DNA of 63,297 nt, the filler included, from an uncultured bacterium (GTDB taxonomy: Bacteria; DYJV01): assembly GCA_964543655.1 (NCBI GenBank). It is 6 parts of 6 records of this genome, joined end to end, with 100 filler letters (N's around TTAATTAATTAA, not from the genome) between each part and the next. Parts side by side here need not be neighbours in the genome. Positions count along the whole stretch, not along the records: positions 34,913 to 56,550 come from CAZIZE010000027.1; positions 56,651 to 58,614 come from CAZIZE010000036.1; positions 58,715 to 60,424 come from CAZIZE010000046.1; 3 more parts are not named here. The stretch is one strand, 5' to 3'. Numbering within the stretch: position 1 is the first letter of the stretch; every line of letters begins with the position of its first letter. Made by a program: the position numbers and the translations under genes. The notes below the pieces were generated by a model. That model saw only the letters and a program-made list of their open reading frames with translations. It was not told where the DNA came from and made no database searches. Below are positions 48,771 to 58,716 of the stretch, piece after piece.

Positions 48771-49766
48771 ATGAGGAAGTTATGGATTATGCTACTTTCA
48801 GTAGCTGTATTAATCCTTGGTTTGAGCAGCTTTAGCTTTGCAAGGATGACATTTGTAACAATTGGTACAGGTGGTGTTACAGGTGTTTATTACCCGACAG
48901 GTGGTGCAATCAGTAGAATTGTAAACAAAAAGTCAAAAATCTATCATTTAAAAGTTACTGTTGAATCAACAGGTGGTTCTGTTTTTAACATTAATGCTGT
49001 ATGCAATGGTGATCTTGAATTTGGCATCTGCCAATCAGACAGACAATATCAAGCATGGTATGGAATGAAAGAATGGAAAGGTCATCCACAGAAAAAATTA
49101 AGATCACTTTTTAGTATTCACCCTGAGTCAGTTACTTTAATAGCTACTGATGCAAGTGGTATTTATTGTTTGAAAGATTTAAAAGGAAAAAGAGTTGCTC
49201 TTGGTAACCCAGGTTCTGGTCAGCTTGGAAACTCAAGAGATGCTTTATGGCTTGCTGGCCTTGATGAGAAAAAAGATATTAAAGCTGAATACATTAAGGC
49301 TGTAGAAGCTGCTGAAGCATTACAGGATGAAAGAATAGATGCATATTTTTATACTGTTGGCCATCCAAATGGCTCCATTAAAGAAGCAACAGCTGGTAGA
49401 ATTAAAGTTCATATAGTTCCTATTCCAAATGTTGAACCATTACTTAAAAAATACCCATATTATGCAAAAGCTTATATCCCTAAAAAGTTTTATCCAAATC
49501 TTACTAATAAAGAAGATATGATTCCTACTTTTGGTGTTAAAGCTACATTTGTTACATCAGTTGATGTACCTGTAAAAGTTGTTTATCCAATAGTTAAAGA
49601 AGTTTTTGATAACTTTCAAGCATTTAAAAAGTTACACCCTGCATATTCTACACTTACTAAAAAGAAAATGCTACAAGGGTTAACAGCTCCTCTTCACCCA
49701 GGTGCAATTAAATATTACAAAGAGTCAGGTTTAATAAAGTATGTTAAACCTTCATTATTAAAATAA
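48771..49766 (+). CDS. TAXI-family TRAP transporter substrate-binding protein
   Basis: Signal peptide, TIGTGGVTGVYYPTGG, STGGSVFN, PLHPGA.KYY.E. Confidence 0.93.
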   Translation: MRKLWIMLLSVAVLILGLSSFSFARMTFVTIGTGGVTGVYYPTGGAISRIVNKKSKIYHLKVTVESTGGSVFNINAVCNGDLEFGICQSDRQYQAWYGMKEWKGHPQKKLRSLFSIHPESVTLIATDASGIYCLKDLKGKRVALGNPGSGQLGNSRDALWLAGLDEKKDIKAEYIKAVEAAEALQDERIDAYFYTVGHPNGSIKEATAGRIKVHIVPIPNVEPLLKKYPYYAKAYIPKKFYPNLTNKEDMIPTFGVKATFVTSVDVPVKVVYPIVKEVFDNFQAFKKLHPAYSTLTKKKMLQGLTAPLHPGAIKYYKESGLIKYVKPSLLK

Positions 49767-49770
49767 TCAT

Positions 49771-49793
49771 ATCAGGGAGATTTTCTCCCTGAT
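49771..49793 (+). terminator. Intra-operon stem-loop after the binding-protein gene
   Basis: ATCAGGGAGA-TTT-TCTCCCTGAT. Confidence 0.65.
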
Positions 49794-49815
49794 TTCTTCA
49801 TATTAGGGGGTTAAA

Positions 49816-51879
49816 ATGTCTGAGGAAAAAGAAAAGAAAAAAGCAAACGTTGATTTAGACGAGATACTTGCTGAAGAAACTGGTGAGATTAGAAAGGTAG
49901 AAGGATGGCAAAAATATATAGTGCCAACGTTAGCACTTTTATGGTCTTTATTTCAATTATCAATTTCAAGCTGGTTACTTTTAGACTCAATCACTACAAG
50001 GGCAATACACCTTGCATTTGCAATGGGAATCTGTTTTTTTAGTATCCCTTTTTTCAAAAAACCTAAAAAACATTTTAAATTTTTATGGGCAAGAGATAGA
50101 ATCCCTGTAATTGATATGATTCTTGCAATTATTGCTATTATTTCAGCGTTATATATTTGGTTTAACTGGGAAGGTATTTCTGCAAGAGCAGGAATGCCAA
50201 ATACAGTGGATATTATTTTTGGAATTTGTTTAATGATTTGTTTGTTGGAAGCTTCAAGACGTTCAATTGGTCCAGCATTAACAATTATTGCTGTTGTTTT
50301 TACTTTATATGCTTTTTTTGCAGAATATATGCCAGAAGCTCTTGCTTTTAAAAGTGTCTCTCTTGCAAAATATTTAAATCAGGAAGCTCTATCTTCTGAA
50401 GGTGTTTATGGTATTCCACTTTACGTTTCAGCAAGGGTAGTTTTCTTATACGTTTTATTTGGTGCAATTCTTGACAAAGCTGGTGGAGGTAAGCTCTTTA
50501 TTGACCTTGCTTTATGTTTTCTTGGTAAGTATAAAGGGGGACCTGCAAAAGCTGCTGTATTGGCAAGTGGCCTTACTGGTATGGTGTCAGGATCAAGTAT
50601 TGCAAATATTGTTACAACAGGTACTTTTACTATCCCCCTAATGAAAAAAATTGGTTATCCTCCAACAAAAGCAGCTGCAACAGAAGTTGCTGCAAGTATT
50701 GATGGGCAGCTTGCTCCACCTATAATGGGAGCCGCAGCTTTTATTATTGCTGAATATCTCAATGTTCCATATATTGCTGTTGTTAAAGCAGCTGCTATTC
50801 CTGCTTTTACTTCTTATGTGGCACTGCTTTATATTACACATATTGAAGCATCAAAACTTGGTATGCGTGGTTTAACCAAAGATGAGATTCCAAGTTTAAA
50901 AGAGACAATTAAAAAAGGTTTTTACTTCTTTATCCCTATTGTAATTCTTCTCTATGAATTGATACTTTTAAGACATTCACCTGATAAATCAGCTTTTACA
51001 GCTATTATGTGGTTAATTGGCATTATAATAATTAGAGATTTAATTTTATATAAAATGGAGGGTAAAGATATTAAAGAGGGATTTTATGAAGCTATTAAAG
51101 TTATTAGAGATGGAATGATTTCTGGAGCTAAAAATATGGTAGCTGTGGCTATTGCATGTGCTGCTGCTGGTATTATTGTGGGTATTGTTAATATGGGAAT
51201 CGGTGGAATGATTACTCAGGTTGTTGAAACTCTTTCAAGAGGAAATATCTATCTTATGTTGGTTATAACAGCTCTTGCAAGCTTGCTTATTGGAATGGGA
51301 TTACCAACCACAGCAACTTATATTGTTATGGCATCACTTGTTTCTCCAATTATAGTTGAGGTTGGTGGACATGCTGGATTTATAGTTCCTTTAATGGCTG
51401 CACATCTTTTCTGTTTCTATTTTGGAATGCTTGCTGATGATACACCACCAGTTGGGCTTGCATCATACGCAGCAGCTGCTCTGGCAGGTTCTGAGCCAAT
51501 TCCTACAGGTATTCAAGGCTTTATGTATGATATTAGAACAGCGATTATTCCATTTATGTTTATTTTCAATCCTGATCTAATACTCCATCACATTAATAGC
51601 TGGCCTCTTGCTATTTTAATTTTTGGTATGGCAATTTTAGGTGGCTGGGCATTTGCATCAGCAACACAAGGTTGGGTTCTTACAAAGAACAAATGGTATG
51701 ACATTCCACTTTTGATTGCTGCTGCTTTGATTCTGTTTAATCCTGGAATTGTAACACATTTTATAGAATTGCCAAATAAATATTATGGATATATTATTGG
51801 TTTAATAATCTGGGGAATTGTGTTAATGCTTCATAAAATGAGAATTAAATCTGATAATTTAACACCAAGTACAGCGTAA
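49816..51879 (+). CDS. TRAP transporter 4TM/12TM fused permease
   Basis: GGPAKAAV.ASG..G..SGS, PPIMGAAAF, GMGLPTTA, TPPVGLA. Confidence 0.93.
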   Translation: MSEEKEKKKANVDLDEILAEETGEIRKVEGWQKYIVPTLALLWSLFQLSISSWLLLDSITTRAIHLAFAMGICFFSIPFFKKPKKHFKFLWARDRIPVIDMILAIIAIISALYIWFNWEGISARAGMPNTVDIIFGICLMICLLEASRRSIGPALTIIAVVFTLYAFFAEYMPEALAFKSVSLAKYLNQEALSSEGVYGIPLYVSARVVFLYVLFGAILDKAGGGKLFIDLALCFLGKYKGGPAKAAVLASGLTGMVSGSSIANIVTTGTFTIPLMKKIGYPPTKAAATEVAASIDGQLAPPIMGAAAFIIAEYLNVPYIAVVKAAAIPAFTSYVALLYITHIEASKLGMRGLTKDEIPSLKETIKKGFYFFIPIVILLYELILLRHSPDKSAFTAIMWLIGIIIIRDLILYKMEGKDIKEGFYEAIKVIRDGMISGAKNMVAVAIACAAAGIIVGIVNMGIGGMITQVVETLSRGNIYLMLVITALASLLIGMGLPTTATYIVMASLVSPIIVEVGGHAGFIVPLMAAHLFCFYFGMLADDTPPVGLASYAAAALAGSEPIPTGIQGFMYDIRTAIIPFMFIFNPDLILHHINSWPLAILIFGMAILGGWAFASATQGWVLTKNKWYDIPLLIAAALILFNPGIVTHFIELPNKYYGYIIGLIIWGIVLMLHKMRIKSDNLTPSTA

Positions 51880-51910
51880 ACAGATATTTTTATATAAAAA
51901 TATTGTAATT

Positions 51911-51945
51911 AGGTAGGTTGTTTTTACAACCTGCCTTATTTTTTT
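51911..51945 (+). terminator. Rho-independent terminator-like hairpin
   Basis: AGGTAGGTTG-N6-CAACCTGCCT followed by a T-tract. Confidence 0.65.
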
Positions 51946-51970
51946 ATTTTAAAATTTTGTGGGGGATAAA

Positions 51971-53299
51971 ATGTATGATAATGTGTTTTATCGGGATTTG
52001 AAAAAAGTTTATCCAGTTGCAGAAAAGGCTAAAGGAATCTATATCTATGATGTTGATGGTAAAAGGTATATTGATGGTTCTGGTGGTGCATGTGTGGTGA
52101 ATATTGGCCATGGTGTTGAAGAAATTATTAAAGCAATGACAAAGCAAGCTAAAAAAGTTTCCTTTGTTCATGGTTCTCATTTTACAACCAAAGCTTTAAT
52201 GAAATTTGCAGAGATGATTTCAACAATAACTCCTGCAAAAGATTTAAACAGAACTTATTTTGTTTCAGGAGGTTCTGAAGCAGTAGAAACATCGTTAAAA
52301 CTTGCAACTCAATATTGGCATGAATTAGGTTATGAGCAAAAGTTTAAAGTAATATCAAGGTGGGGTAGTTACCATGGTGCTTCAATGGGTGCTCTTGCTC
52401 TTGGTGGCCATACATCAAGGAGGAAGCATTTTCAACCATTGATAATGCATACTCCACATATTTTCCCATGTTACTGTTACAGGTGCCCTTTTGGAAAGCA
52501 TCAGAAAAGCTGTGATCTTGAATGTGCAGAATCTCTTGAAAGAACAATAAAATATGAGGGCCCAGAATCAATTTCAGCTTTTATTGCTGAGCCAATAGTA
52601 GGTGCCACTGCTGGAGCAGTAGTACCCAGAGATGGTTACTGGCAGAGAATTAGGGAAATTTGTGACCATTACAATATTTTGTTAATTGATGATGAAGTAA
52701 TGGTTGGCGTAGGTAGAACTGGTAAAAATTTTGCCCTTGAGCATTGGGGAGTTATCCCTGATATTATAGTAACTGCTAAAGGATTAAGTGGAGGTTATAC
52801 ACCTGTAGGTGCAGTTATTGTGAAACAGAAGATACACGACATAATTAGAGAAAAAAGTGGACAATTTGTTCATGGTTACACTTTTTCTCAAAATCCTGTA
52901 TCAATGGCAGTTGGAGCAGAGGTTTTAAAGTATATTAAAGAAAATAAACTTGTTGAGAGAGTTGCAAAATTAGAATCTTACTTTTTTAAAAAATTAAATG
53001 AGCTTAGAAATATTGATTTTGTAGGTGATGTTAGAGGCAAAGGTTTGTTTGCTGGTATAGAATTTGTCAGGAATAAAAAAACTAAAGAAACTTTTAATCC
53101 AATGATAAAGTTTAGTAAAAAGGTTGCTGATGAAGCTTTTAGAAATGGTCTGATTACATACCCTGGCTCAGGTGGTGTTGATGGGGTTAGAGGTGATCAT
53201 CTGTTAATATGCCCTCCTTATATTATTAAAGAGGATGAAATTGATGAAATGGTTGATATTTTGAAAAAGGCTATAAGAAAAGTTTCAAAAATAGTATAG
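51971..53299 (+). CDS. Class III PLP-dependent aminotransferase
   Basis: SGGSEAVE, SYHG, FIAEPIVG, DEVMVG.GRTG, AKGLSGGY; ATG 51971 follows a GGGGGA RBS. Confidence 0.92.
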   Translation: MYDNVFYRDLKKVYPVAEKAKGIYIYDVDGKRYIDGSGGACVVNIGHGVEEIIKAMTKQAKKVSFVHGSHFTTKALMKFAEMISTITPAKDLNRTYFVSGGSEAVETSLKLATQYWHELGYEQKFKVISRWGSYHGASMGALALGGHTSRRKHFQPLIMHTPHIFPCYCYRCPFGKHQKSCDLECAESLERTIKYEGPESISAFIAEPIVGATAGAVVPRDGYWQRIREICDHYNILLIDDEVMVGVGRTGKNFALEHWGVIPDIIVTAKGLSGGYTPVGAVIVKQKIHDIIREKSGQFVHGYTFSQNPVSMAVGAEVLKYIKENKLVERVAKLESYFFKKLNELRNIDFVGDVRGKGLFAGIEFVRNKKTKETFNPMIKFSKKVADEAFRNGLITYPGSGGVDGVRGDHLLICPPYIIKEDEIDEMVDILKKAIRKVSKIV

Positions 53300-54502
53300 A
53301 TGTTAAAAAAAATAATTATTTTTATAATGCTTTTTAAGGTTGCGGTTTTAAGTTCCGCAACCTTTCAAGATTTTAAAAAAGAGCTTGAAAATAAATATAA
53401 AAATGTAAATCAGTATCAATTCTGGATTAACCATTCAACAAATCTTGACAAAATTATCCTTAACAAAGAGCAGATTGACAAATTAAACTCTCAAATAGCA
53501 ATGTTTGCTGATTCTACAAATAATATTTTTTCAGATTTTTCAAAAGAGCTTATAAAAGATAAAATTTTGAAAATGGCAAACTATCTTTTTAAAAATTACA
53601 GATTTTTTGCAAATGGAAAATTATTAGGGAAAAATTTTAAAAATAAAATCTATAAAGAGATAAATATTAATGGAATCTCAAAATGTTATAAAAAAAAATA
53701 TTTTGGTGTAATTAGAAAAAGATGTTTTGTTAAATCAATTCCAACAGATTTAAAAATAATTAGAGATATTAATTCAAAAAATTTTGATAGAAATATAGAA
53801 ACTATTTCACATATTTTTGATTTAGTTAAGGTTTTAAATATCTCTAAAGATAGAAAATGGTTATATGTAGCTTCAAAATATTATTATGGCTGGATTAAAA
53901 AAGAGAATTTAATTATTAGAGAAACTCCATTTAAATTTAAAAAATTTGTTGTTATCTTAAAAAATTTACAGGAATATAATCTGAGGGTTGGTGATATTTT
54001 ACCTTACAATGATAAAAAAATTTATCTTTTTGGAAAAAAAGTGAGAATAAAAAAAGATGATTTCAATGTTGGGTATCTGCCATTTACAAAGAGAAATGTT
54101 ATTAAGCTCATATTTAGCTCTTTAAAAATGCCTTACAATTGGGGTGGTGGAGTATATGGAACAGATTGTAGCCTTTTTATAATGGATATTTTTAGATGTT
54201 TTGGGATTAATTTGCCAAGAAATTCATGGAAACAGTCTGAAGTATTAGCAGGTCTATCTCTAATGCACGTAAATAAGAAAGAAAAATTTATAAAAAAGTT
54301 TGCATTCCCTTTTCAAACATTAATTTACAAAAAGTCACATATTATGCTATACATGGGAAGTGTAGGTAATAAAGTCTACATAGCTCATGCATTTACAATG
54401 AAAAAATTTCAACAGGGAGAGGTTTTGATTACAGATTTATATTTTGGAAGAGAGCATTTTGCTGATTCTTTGAAAAAAATAGTATTTTTTAACCAATATT
54501 AA
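53300..54502 (+). CDS. Exported SH3/NlpC-P60 cell-wall peptidase family protein
   Basis: Signal peptide; PYNWGG....DCS, LPRNS..Q, HIMLY.G. Confidence 0.85.
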   Translation: MLKKIIIFIMLFKVAVLSSATFQDFKKELENKYKNVNQYQFWINHSTNLDKIILNKEQIDKLNSQIAMFADSTNNIFSDFSKELIKDKILKMANYLFKNYRFFANGKLLGKNFKNKIYKEININGISKCYKKKYFGVIRKRCFVKSIPTDLKIIRDINSKNFDRNIETISHIFDLVKVLNISKDRKWLYVASKYYYGWIKKENLIIRETPFKFKKFVVILKNLQEYNLRVGDILPYNDKKIYLFGKKVRIKKDDFNVGYLPFTKRNVIKLIFSSLKMPYNWGGGVYGTDCSLFIMDIFRCFGINLPRNSWKQSEVLAGLSLMHVNKKEKFIKKFAFPFQTLIYKKSHIMLYMGSVGNKVYIAHAFTMKKFQQGEVLITDLYFGREHFADSLKKIVFFNQY

Positions 54503-54674
54503 GTATACAATATTTTTTATAAGAAAAAAACAGCTAAATAAAAAAATTCACAAAAAAGTAATAGTTACTAAAATACAGTATTTTAAAGAAGTTAAATTAT
54601 TATAAAATTTTATTTCAAAGAGAATAAACTATTAATTTTTTAAAAATTATTGACAAAGAGAAAGGCATGTGGTA

Positions 54675-54920
54675 ATGGGCACAAGCTCTAAAAAGGATAG
54701 GTCTATTTACATTAAATTGCTATCCTATTCCACAATTGGAATAGAGATGGGTGTTAGTGTTTGTGCAGGATTTTTTATAGGCAATTATCTTGATAATAAG
54801 TTTCAGGTTACAAAGCCATATTTAACAATTTTTTTCTTAATAGCTGGTTTTGGAGCAGCAATAAAGAGCTTTGTTAGAATGATAAAAAAACTCAAAAAAG
54901 ACTTTGAGAATGAAAATTAA
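54675..54920 (+). CDS. AtpZ/AtpI family ATP synthase accessory protein
   Basis: STIGIEMG...G..IG.YLD.KF...P; upstream of atpB. Confidence 0.85.
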   Translation: MGTSSKKDRSIYIKLLSYSTIGIEMGVSVCAGFFIGNYLDNKFQVTKPYLTIFFLIAGFGAAIKSFVRMIKKLKKDFENEN

Positions 54921-55323
54921 TCTTAACTTAATCATTAATATCTATAAAAAAACCTCTTTTATTCTTGGAGTATTATCTATATTAAGTTTTATTCTTTTAC
55001 TTTTTCTTTACAATATGGATGCTGGTTTTAGCTTTTCCATAGGTTCATTCCTGATTTTATTAAACATTGTGGGGATAATTCTTATTGCTAAATTTTCATC
55101 TGATAATGGTAATATAGAGAAGGAAAAGGTTGTTATTTCAATAGCATTATTTGTTGGTAAGCTATTTTTATTGCTTGTTGTAATATTTTTGCTTATTTAT
55201 TTTAAGCTTGTTAATGATAAACTTTTTTTAGGTGGCTTGTCTCTTGGGTTTTTAATATTTTTTATAGCAAATTTAATATTTATTCCAATTGAAATTTATA
55301 AAATAGAAAAGATAAAGGAGTAA
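54910..55323 (+). CDS. atpI: ATP synthase protein I-like membrane protein
   Basis: Four hydrophobic segments; lies between the atpZ-like gene and atpB. Confidence 0.65.
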   Translation: MKINLNLIINIYKKTSFILGVLSILSFILLLFLYNMDAGFSFSIGSFLILLNIVGIILIAKFSSDNGNIEKEKVVISIALFVGKLFLLLVVIFLLIYFKLVNDKLFLGGLSLGFLIFFIANLIFIPIEIYKIEKIKE

Positions 55324-55326
55324 AAA

Positions 55327-56013
55327 ATGATTGAGCATCCGATTGTTTTAACTGATTTTATCCCTTTAATTAACAAAATCCCACATCATGTTCTCTGGAC
55401 TTTGATTGCAGATGCTATTATTGTTTTCACTGTATTTAAAGCTGTTAAAGGACTTAAAATTATTCCATCTGAAAGGCTCACTATTAGCACCATTTATGAA
55501 CTTATTACTGAATTTATTGATACTATGCTTTCTGACTCTTTTGGAGAAAAGGGGAGAAGGTTTATTTACCTGGTAGGAACTCTTTTAATATTTATTTTAA
55601 CCTGTAATTTTCTTGGCCTTATTCCAGGGTTTTATCCAGCAACAGAAAATGTTAATACAAACTTCGCAATGTCTATAGTTGTGTTTTTGATTTACAATTT
55701 TTATGGCATTCAAAAACAAGGTTTAGGTGCTTATTTGAAGCATATGATGGGGCCTATGCCGGCACTTGCTCCACTTATGTTTCCAATAGAATTAATAAGT
55801 CATTTTGCAAGAATATTATCTCTTGCTATCAGGCTTTTTGGAAATATTTACGGTGACCATAAAGTTTTATTGGTATTTCTTGCCTTAGTTCCATTATTAC
55901 TACCAGTAGTATTTTATGGAATGGGTGTGCTTGTTGCTGTGCTTCAGGCATATGTTTTTACTTTGCTTTCAATGGTGTATATACAGCTTGCTATTGAAGA
56001 GGAAGAACATTAA
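55327..56013 (+). CDS. atpB: F0F1 ATP synthase subunit a
   Basis: NFLGLIPG, PIELISHFARILSLAIRLFGN, LQAYVF. Confidence 0.96.
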   Translation: MIEHPIVLTDFIPLINKIPHHVLWTLIADAIIVFTVFKAVKGLKIIPSERLTISTIYELITEFIDTMLSDSFGEKGRRFIYLVGTLLIFILTCNFLGLIPGFYPATENVNTNFAMSIVVFLIYNFYGIQKQGLGAYLKHMMGPMPALAPLMFPIELISHFARILSLAIRLFGNIYGDHKVLLVFLALVPLLLPVVFYGMGVLVAVLQAYVFTLLSMVYIQLAIEEEEH

Positions 56014-56058
56014 AATAAATAGATATAAATTCTAAACTCGAAATTCGAAATATTAACA

Positions 56059-56424
56059 ATGGATAAAAATGGGAAAACCAAAAATTATGATTTAGAAAAA
56101 AGAACCTTTTATTTTGCTAAAAATGTAAGGGAATTTGTTAAAAAAATACAAAAAACAATATCAAATATTGAAGATTCAAAACAATTAATACGTTCTTCAG
56201 GTTCTGTGGGAGCAAATTATATTGAAGCTAATGAATCATTGAGTAAAAAAGATTTTATTATGCGCATTAAAATTTGCAAAAAAGAAATTAAAGAAGCTAA
56301 ATATTGGTTAGAGTTAATAGATTTAACAAATACACCTATATTAGAAGAACTGAGAGCTTGTTTAATTAAAGAGGCCATTGAGCTACAAAAAATTTTTGGT
56401 ACAATTCATAAAAAAAGTATATAA
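56059..56424 (+). CDS. Four-helix-bundle protein (23S rRNA intervening-sequence protein family)
   Basis: YDLEKRT..FA...QLIRSSGSVGANYIEANE..SKKDF...I.ICKKE..E..YWL.L. Confidence 0.9.
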   Translation: MDKNGKTKNYDLEKRTFYFAKNVREFVKKIQKTISNIEDSKQLIRSSGSVGANYIEANESLSKKDFIMRIKICKKEIKEAKYWLELIDLTNTPILEELRACLIKEAIELQKIFGTIHKKSI

Positions 56425-56485
56425 TTTTTGTTTAGAAATTAGTGATTTATAATTTGAAATTTAAACAGAAGGGGGGTGTGAAAAG

Positions 56486-56550
56486 ATGAAAAAGAAGATT
56501 TTTATGATTTTGCTTGCAGTATTAGCAATGACACTTTTAACTGCTGTTTC
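56486..56550 (+). CDS. atpE: Probable ATP synthase subunit c N-terminus, truncated by a gap
   Basis: GGGGGGTG RBS; MKKKIFMILLAVLAMTLLTAV leader in the position expected for atpE. Identified by position only. Confidence 0.5.
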
Positions 56551-56650
56551 NNNNNNNNNNNNNNNNNNNNNNNNNNNNNNNNNNNNNNNNNNNNTTAATT
56601 AATTAANNNNNNNNNNNNNNNNNNNNNNNNNNNNNNNNNNNNNNNNNNNN
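56551..56650. other. Artificial contig linker
   Basis: N-run with TTAATTAATTAA. Confidence 0.98.
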
Positions 56651-56678
56651 TCACTTAATGTCAATCAAGGAGTTAAAA

Positions 56679-57794
56679 ATGAAAATAAAATGCAGATACT
56701 TCTTTAACCCTGAGGATAAAAAGTTAATTAAAAACTGTGTTATTTACTGGGACAAAAGTTTAAAACAAATTAAAATCTCAGATAATTCCAATGAATATGA
56801 AAAAGAATTAGAGTATGTTATTCCTGCCTTTAAAGACCAACATGTTCATCTATTTTTAAGTGGATTTAGAAACAGTAAAATAAGAGAAAAAGAATTATCT
56901 TGTTCAGAGTCTCAAAGCATTAAAAATGTAATTTCAAATATAAAAAGATTAAAAAAAGCAGGTATTTTTCAGGTTATGGATGCAGGTGACAGTAAATGGA
57001 GTGCTTTAAAAGTACGGGATATGCAGATTTTTGATGACTTTGAAGTTAAATTATGTGGAAAAGCATTATTTAAAAGAGGAAGATATGGGAGTTTTATTGG
57101 AATAGAAATCTTTAATAAAAAATCGTTGAAAGATGCATTAAAGATTTTAAAAGAGAAAAATGTTGATTTTATAAAAGTTTTAAACTCTGGAATCAATTCA
57201 ATAAAGGAGTATGCGAAAGAGACTGATCCTCAATTTACTGATTCAGAAATGGAATATATTGTTAAATTTGCAAAAGAGCATAATCTTGAGGTGATTGTGC
57301 ATGTAAATGGAGAAAAGGCTATTAGACAAACAATAAAACATAATATATCAAGGCTTGAGCATGCATTTTTCATAAAAGATGAAAACTTAATTAAAGATAT
57401 AGCTCAAAAAGGAATACGCATTGTTCCCACATTCAGGGCAATGTTAAACCTGAAAGATAATGAAACATTGTCAGAATTTGAAAAGGAAATAATTGAAAAA
57501 ACAGTTGATAACCACATAAAAGAAATAAAAAAATTTCTAAAATATGGAGGTAAATTAGAACTTGGAACAGACTCTGGCTCTTACAATGTTATTCATGGAA
57601 AAAGTTTTTATGATGAAATAAAATTTTTCATGACAAAATTAGAGTTTTCTTTTGAAGAAATTTTATCCCTAATAAGCTCAATAAAATCACCTGCAATAAT
57701 TGAGCTGAAGGAATTTTCTTTCTCTTGCCTCAATACTTGTCCAATTTATTTATTGCACTTACAACCTGTTTCACAAAATAAACCAGGATTATAA
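56679..57794 (+). CDS. Amidohydrolase family metal-dependent hydrolase
   Basis: PAFKDQHVHL, VHVNG, LEHA, LGTDSG; ATG 56679 follows AAGGAG. Confidence 0.85.
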   Translation: MKIKCRYFFNPEDKKLIKNCVIYWDKSLKQIKISDNSNEYEKELEYVIPAFKDQHVHLFLSGFRNSKIREKELSCSESQSIKNVISNIKRLKKAGIFQVMDAGDSKWSALKVRDMQIFDDFEVKLCGKALFKRGRYGSFIGIEIFNKKSLKDALKILKEKNVDFIKVLNSGINSIKEYAKETDPQFTDSEMEYIVKFAKEHNLEVIVHVNGEKAIRQTIKHNISRLEHAFFIKDENLIKDIAQKGIRIVPTFRAMLNLKDNETLSEFEKEIIEKTVDNHIKEIKKFLKYGGKLELGTDSGSYNVIHGKSFYDEIKFFMTKLEFSFEEILSLISSIKSPAIIELKEFSFSCLNTCPIYLLHLQPVSQNKPGL

Positions 57795-58399
57795 ATTTTT
57801 TCAAAACATTCCTTACCTTCTTTGAATGAAAGATATGCTATTCCAATTGCGCCAAATGAATCTACATAAGGAATATTGAAAAATTCGTATAATCCTGAAG
57901 ATAATAGTAATATCAAAGACATATACATGCAGACTTTTGTGCAATTTGCATCAGCAACTATTGCATCAGAATGAAGAAGTTTACCCACTCTTTTTTTCGC
58001 TATTATTAAAACCCACATTACTATTATTGAAATTGATGATATAATCACTCCCCATAAAGTTGTTTCAGGATTTTTTCCTGTAAAAATATTTACAGATGCT
58101 CCTATTGTGAGTCCCAAGGCAAGTAGATAAAAGGAAATACCTGTGATTCTCAGCGCTGTATTTTCAAATTTTCTATCTGTTGTATTGTTATTATTTTTTA
58201 TTCTATAAACCATTTGTAAAATTCCAACTGCTGAAATTAACTCAATAAAACTATCTATTCCAAATCCAAAAAGTGCTATACTATCATCACTAACACCAAA
58301 GTAAGTTGCCACAATTCCTTCTGCAAAGTTATAAACAATTGTAAAAATAGATAGATAGAATGCAACTTTATAAAGTTTAATTATTGAATTTTTTATCAT
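57746..58399 (-). CDS. Cation diffusion facilitator-like membrane protein (TM domain only)
   Basis: YN..EG, SIALFGFGIDSFIE, AIVADA; Cys-rich tail CETGCKC. Confidence 0.8.
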   Translation of the reverse strand: MIKNSIIKLYKVAFYLSIFTIVYNFAEGIVATYFGVSDDSIALFGFGIDSFIELISAVGILQMVYRIKNNNNTTDRKFENTALRITGISFYLLALGLTIGASVNIFTGKNPETTLWGVIISSISIIVMWVLIIAKKRVGKLLHSDAIVADANCTKVCMYMSLILLLSSGLYEFFNIPYVDSFGAIGIAYLSFKEGKECFEKIYNPGLFCETGCKCNK

Positions 58400-58465
58400 A
58401 ACTTTTTAATCCTATTTTTCTTATAGAGATAATAAGATAATAAGATTTTTATGTCAAGAAGTTTA

Positions 58466-58614
58466 TTAATTTATAATAATTATTAATTTGTTTTGAAATT
58501 GGTTTAAATAAAGTTCTGGTTCTTCTAATTTAAACCAATCAGCAGGAGATTCCATATCAAGATAAATTGCTTCTGGAAAGTATTTATTTTTGATTATTTT
58601 TGCAAGAGTTGTTT
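58466..58614 (-). pseudogene. Third AAA_14-type ATPase remnant
   Basis: (K)TTLAKII...AIYLDMESPADWFKLEEPELYLNQFQNKLIIIIN*; stops where the Walker B DE is expected; 5' end lies in the gap. Confidence 0.65.
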
Positions 58615-58714
58615 NNNNNNNNNNNNNNNNNNNNNNNNNNNNNNNNNNNNNNNNNNNNTTAATTAATTAANNNNNNNNNNNNNNNNNNNNNNNNNNNNNN
58701 NNNNNNNNNNNNNN
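58615..58714. other. Artificial contig linker
   Basis: N-run with TTAATTAATTAA. Confidence 0.98.
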
Positions 58715-58716
58715 TA

